Assembly (NCBI GenBank): GCA_030390025.1
Contig: CM059431.1
Span: 94,304,001 to 94,368,000, forward strand
From: Squalus acanthias
Lineage: Eukaryota
Length of the DNA stretch: 64,000 nt
Reading direction: 5' to 3'
Below, in pieces: positions 61,575 to 64,000 of this stretch; within the stretch, counting starts at the first letter, position 1; each line of letters starts with the position of its first letter. The notes below the pieces were generated by a model that was not told the origin of the DNA, searched no databases, and worked only from the letters and a program-made list of their open reading frames with translations. A program made the position numbers and the translations under genes.

Positions 61575-64000
61575 GGCCACGAATTTAATAGCACTCAGGG
61601 GGTGGGTTTGGAGGCGGGTCTGTTGCAAAAATCGGAAAAATTGGGTGCGGGCTGCAACCCCGCCTCCATCCCACCTCCACGTAACTTTGGCACGTGTCGG
61701 GTCAGCCGCTCCCGAACTGACCCGACACCAAACGGCGGGAGAGGCAGTTAAGGCCGTTAACAGGTCGTTAACTGCCTCAATAATCCTCTTTTAAAGGCCT
61801 GATCTGATTTTGGAAGTTTTTCACCATGCTGCCCGCCTTCATAAAAACACGCCAGGTGAATCGAGCTGGGTTGAGCGAGGACCTGAATTGTTGCCAGCTG
61901 CTCGAGCAGCTTAAAATCGGTCCTGCAATCTCTCATTCTTTCACATGTCACAACTTAGTGCTTTGAGGCTTGGGAGACATTTTGCAGCTCAACTAATCTT
62001 GTGAGTGTTGAGTCTGAAATCCATCTGCTGTGTGACCTCCTTGGAATACCCTCTGGCCACTTTGTCTGAGCGCACACAACCTCCATTCCTCGACTGAGAT
62101 ATATACCAGCGGTATGGGAACCATTTATATCCTCTCATCCTGGTCGTCAGATTTGGAGGAAGAGCAGCCGCGGCAGCAGCGCAACCAAGCACAGCAGCAG
62201 CACCAACAACAGGAGCGCCAACCTTCTCCTCAGCCTCCTGATGATGCACAGGGCAGAGGGTGTCAGCGCAGGGCTGCACCTCGCCGCAGGAGAAACCCCC
62301 AACACCGGCTTTACAGGCAGAGGATCAGCTTCCTCAACATGAGTGAGCAGTAGTGCCAAAGGAGTCTGAGACTTTCGCAAGAGGTAGTCACTGACATCTG
62401 CACAATGCTGCACCAACACCTGGAGCCCAGAGGAGCGGGTGGACACTCCTTCCCAGTGGCTGTCAAAGTCACCACCACACTCAACTTCTTTGCTTCGGGC
62501 TCCTTCCAAGGATCATCTGCAGACATCAGCGGCATCTCCCAGTCGGCCGCACACGTCTGTATCACGCAGGCTACCGATGCCCTCTTTGCAAAGGTGCACA
62601 ATTACATCCACTTCTCTATGGATGAAGCAAGTGTAACTTCGCGTGTGGTTGGCTTTGCTAATAAGGCAGGCTTCTCAAGGGTGCAGGGCATCGTAGACTG
62701 CACACATGTGGCCATTAGGGCACCCCATCACAATTCAGCTGTATTTGTCAACCGCAAGGGCTTCCACTCCCTTAACATCCAGCTGGTGTGTAACCACAGG
62801 AAGATCATCATGCATGTTTGCGCAAAGTACCCTGGCAGTTGCCATGACTCCTTCATCCTGCGGCAGTCTACTGTGCCTCAGCTCTTCAATCCGCCAACCC
62901 AACTTTCAGGATGGCTACTTGGCGACAAGGGCTATCCCCTGAAAAAGTGGCTCATGACACCGATGAGGAGGCCATCAAACGAGGCTGAGGAGCGGTACAA
63001 TGTGAGCCACATTTCCACAAGAAGCATCATAGAGCAAAACATCGGCTTTCTCAAAATGCGCTTCTGATGCCTCAACAGATCTGGTGGAGCCTTGCAGTAT
63101 GCACCAGCCACAGTGTCCAGAGTCATCATCGTCTGCTGTGCCCTGCACAACATCGCACAGCAGCGTGGCTTAGCGCTCCCTGAGGAACAAGTGGCTCAGT
63201 GCAGAGCATCCTCGAAAGAAGAAGGAGGAGGACGAGGAGGACGAAGAGAACGAGGACGAGGAGGAGGAGGCATGCCTTGCGGGGCCAGATGTGACCAATC
63301 CAGCAGCACTCGAGCACATTGCTGGTTGTCACGCAAGGGATGCACTCATCCAAGCCAGATTCCCTTAAGCTAACGCTTCAACCACAGGTGGCTGGCATAT
63401 GGCAATGAATGTGTGGATGACCTTCTTCAAACGCCATACATCATCTCTCCAATAAACGGTGCTTTCCTATCACTTTCAGCATCATCATTACAAATACAAG
63501 TCACCCTGAGCCCTCAATGTGCAACTTCCATTTCCAGAAGACATAGGCTAGAACTTCAACTGTTTGCCATCACTTTTGTTTAATAAAATCACAAAAGGTT
63601 GACAATGGCAAATATACAACAGAACAAAACACCCAAGTGACTACCTTTATGACTATTTGTGTGTTAGCTTCCTCTTACGCGAGCTTCTACATGGTGCTTC
63701 CCCTGTGGCTTCAGCAGATGTAGAGGCACCTTGCTCACTTTGATGCTGCGCCTGCTTCGATGCCTTTGGCAGGCGTCCTCTGGGTTTGGGTGCCTGGGAG
63801 AGTTCCTCCACAGTCTGCTCTTCCTGCGGCTGTGCAGGGGCTGAGACGGCCATCTCAGTTGGGTGAGGACTCTGGGGCTCTGACCCAGGGCTCCGCAGTG
63901 GCATGGTCATGTGAGCACTTGGAGAGGAGCCCACACTTCCTGTTGTCTGCCACCAACATCCCTCTCATGGGTCACCCGCACTTCAGTGCTAGCAAGTGGC
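61575..64000 (+). mobile_element. Harbinger running off the window (transposase pseudogene 62114 to about 63370 with stops at 62351 and 63065; end of Myb exon 3 on -, from 63653)
   Basis: VDCTH, HDS, GDKGY and IEQ motifs. The Myb C-terminus reads KPRGRLPK..RSSRKRK. Confidence 0.92.

Overview
This is eukaryotic DNA, almost certainly from a cartilaginous fish (shark or ray), judged from HER1-type CR1 LINEs and a SacSINE1-like DeuSINE. The window consists almost entirely of nested transposable elements, and I could not identify any host gene. It holds about 18 LINE copies, mostly CR1 on the minus strand, including one full-length copy with an intact EN-RT ORF2. There are about 9 PIF/Harbinger DNA transposons or remnants, each built from a DDE transposase gene and a convergent 3-exon Myb/SANT-like partner gene; one has an intact transposase, TIRs and a TSD. 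It also holds MITEs, solo LTRs, SINEs and minisatellites. The main observations are: (1) a U_UUA_AAC slippery heptamer right before the CR1 ORF1 stop, with an ORF2 opening in the -1 frame that has no AUG until after its endonuclease domain, suggesting programmed -1 ribosomal frameshifting; (2) a single-ORF LINE with a tRNA-like 5' head; (3) AT-hook and RRSxR motifs in the Harbinger partner protein; (4) a 28-bp templated copy from a transposase gene into its partner gene; (5) a four-level, 23-kb nested insertion stack. All boundaries were read by eye and no database searches were run.
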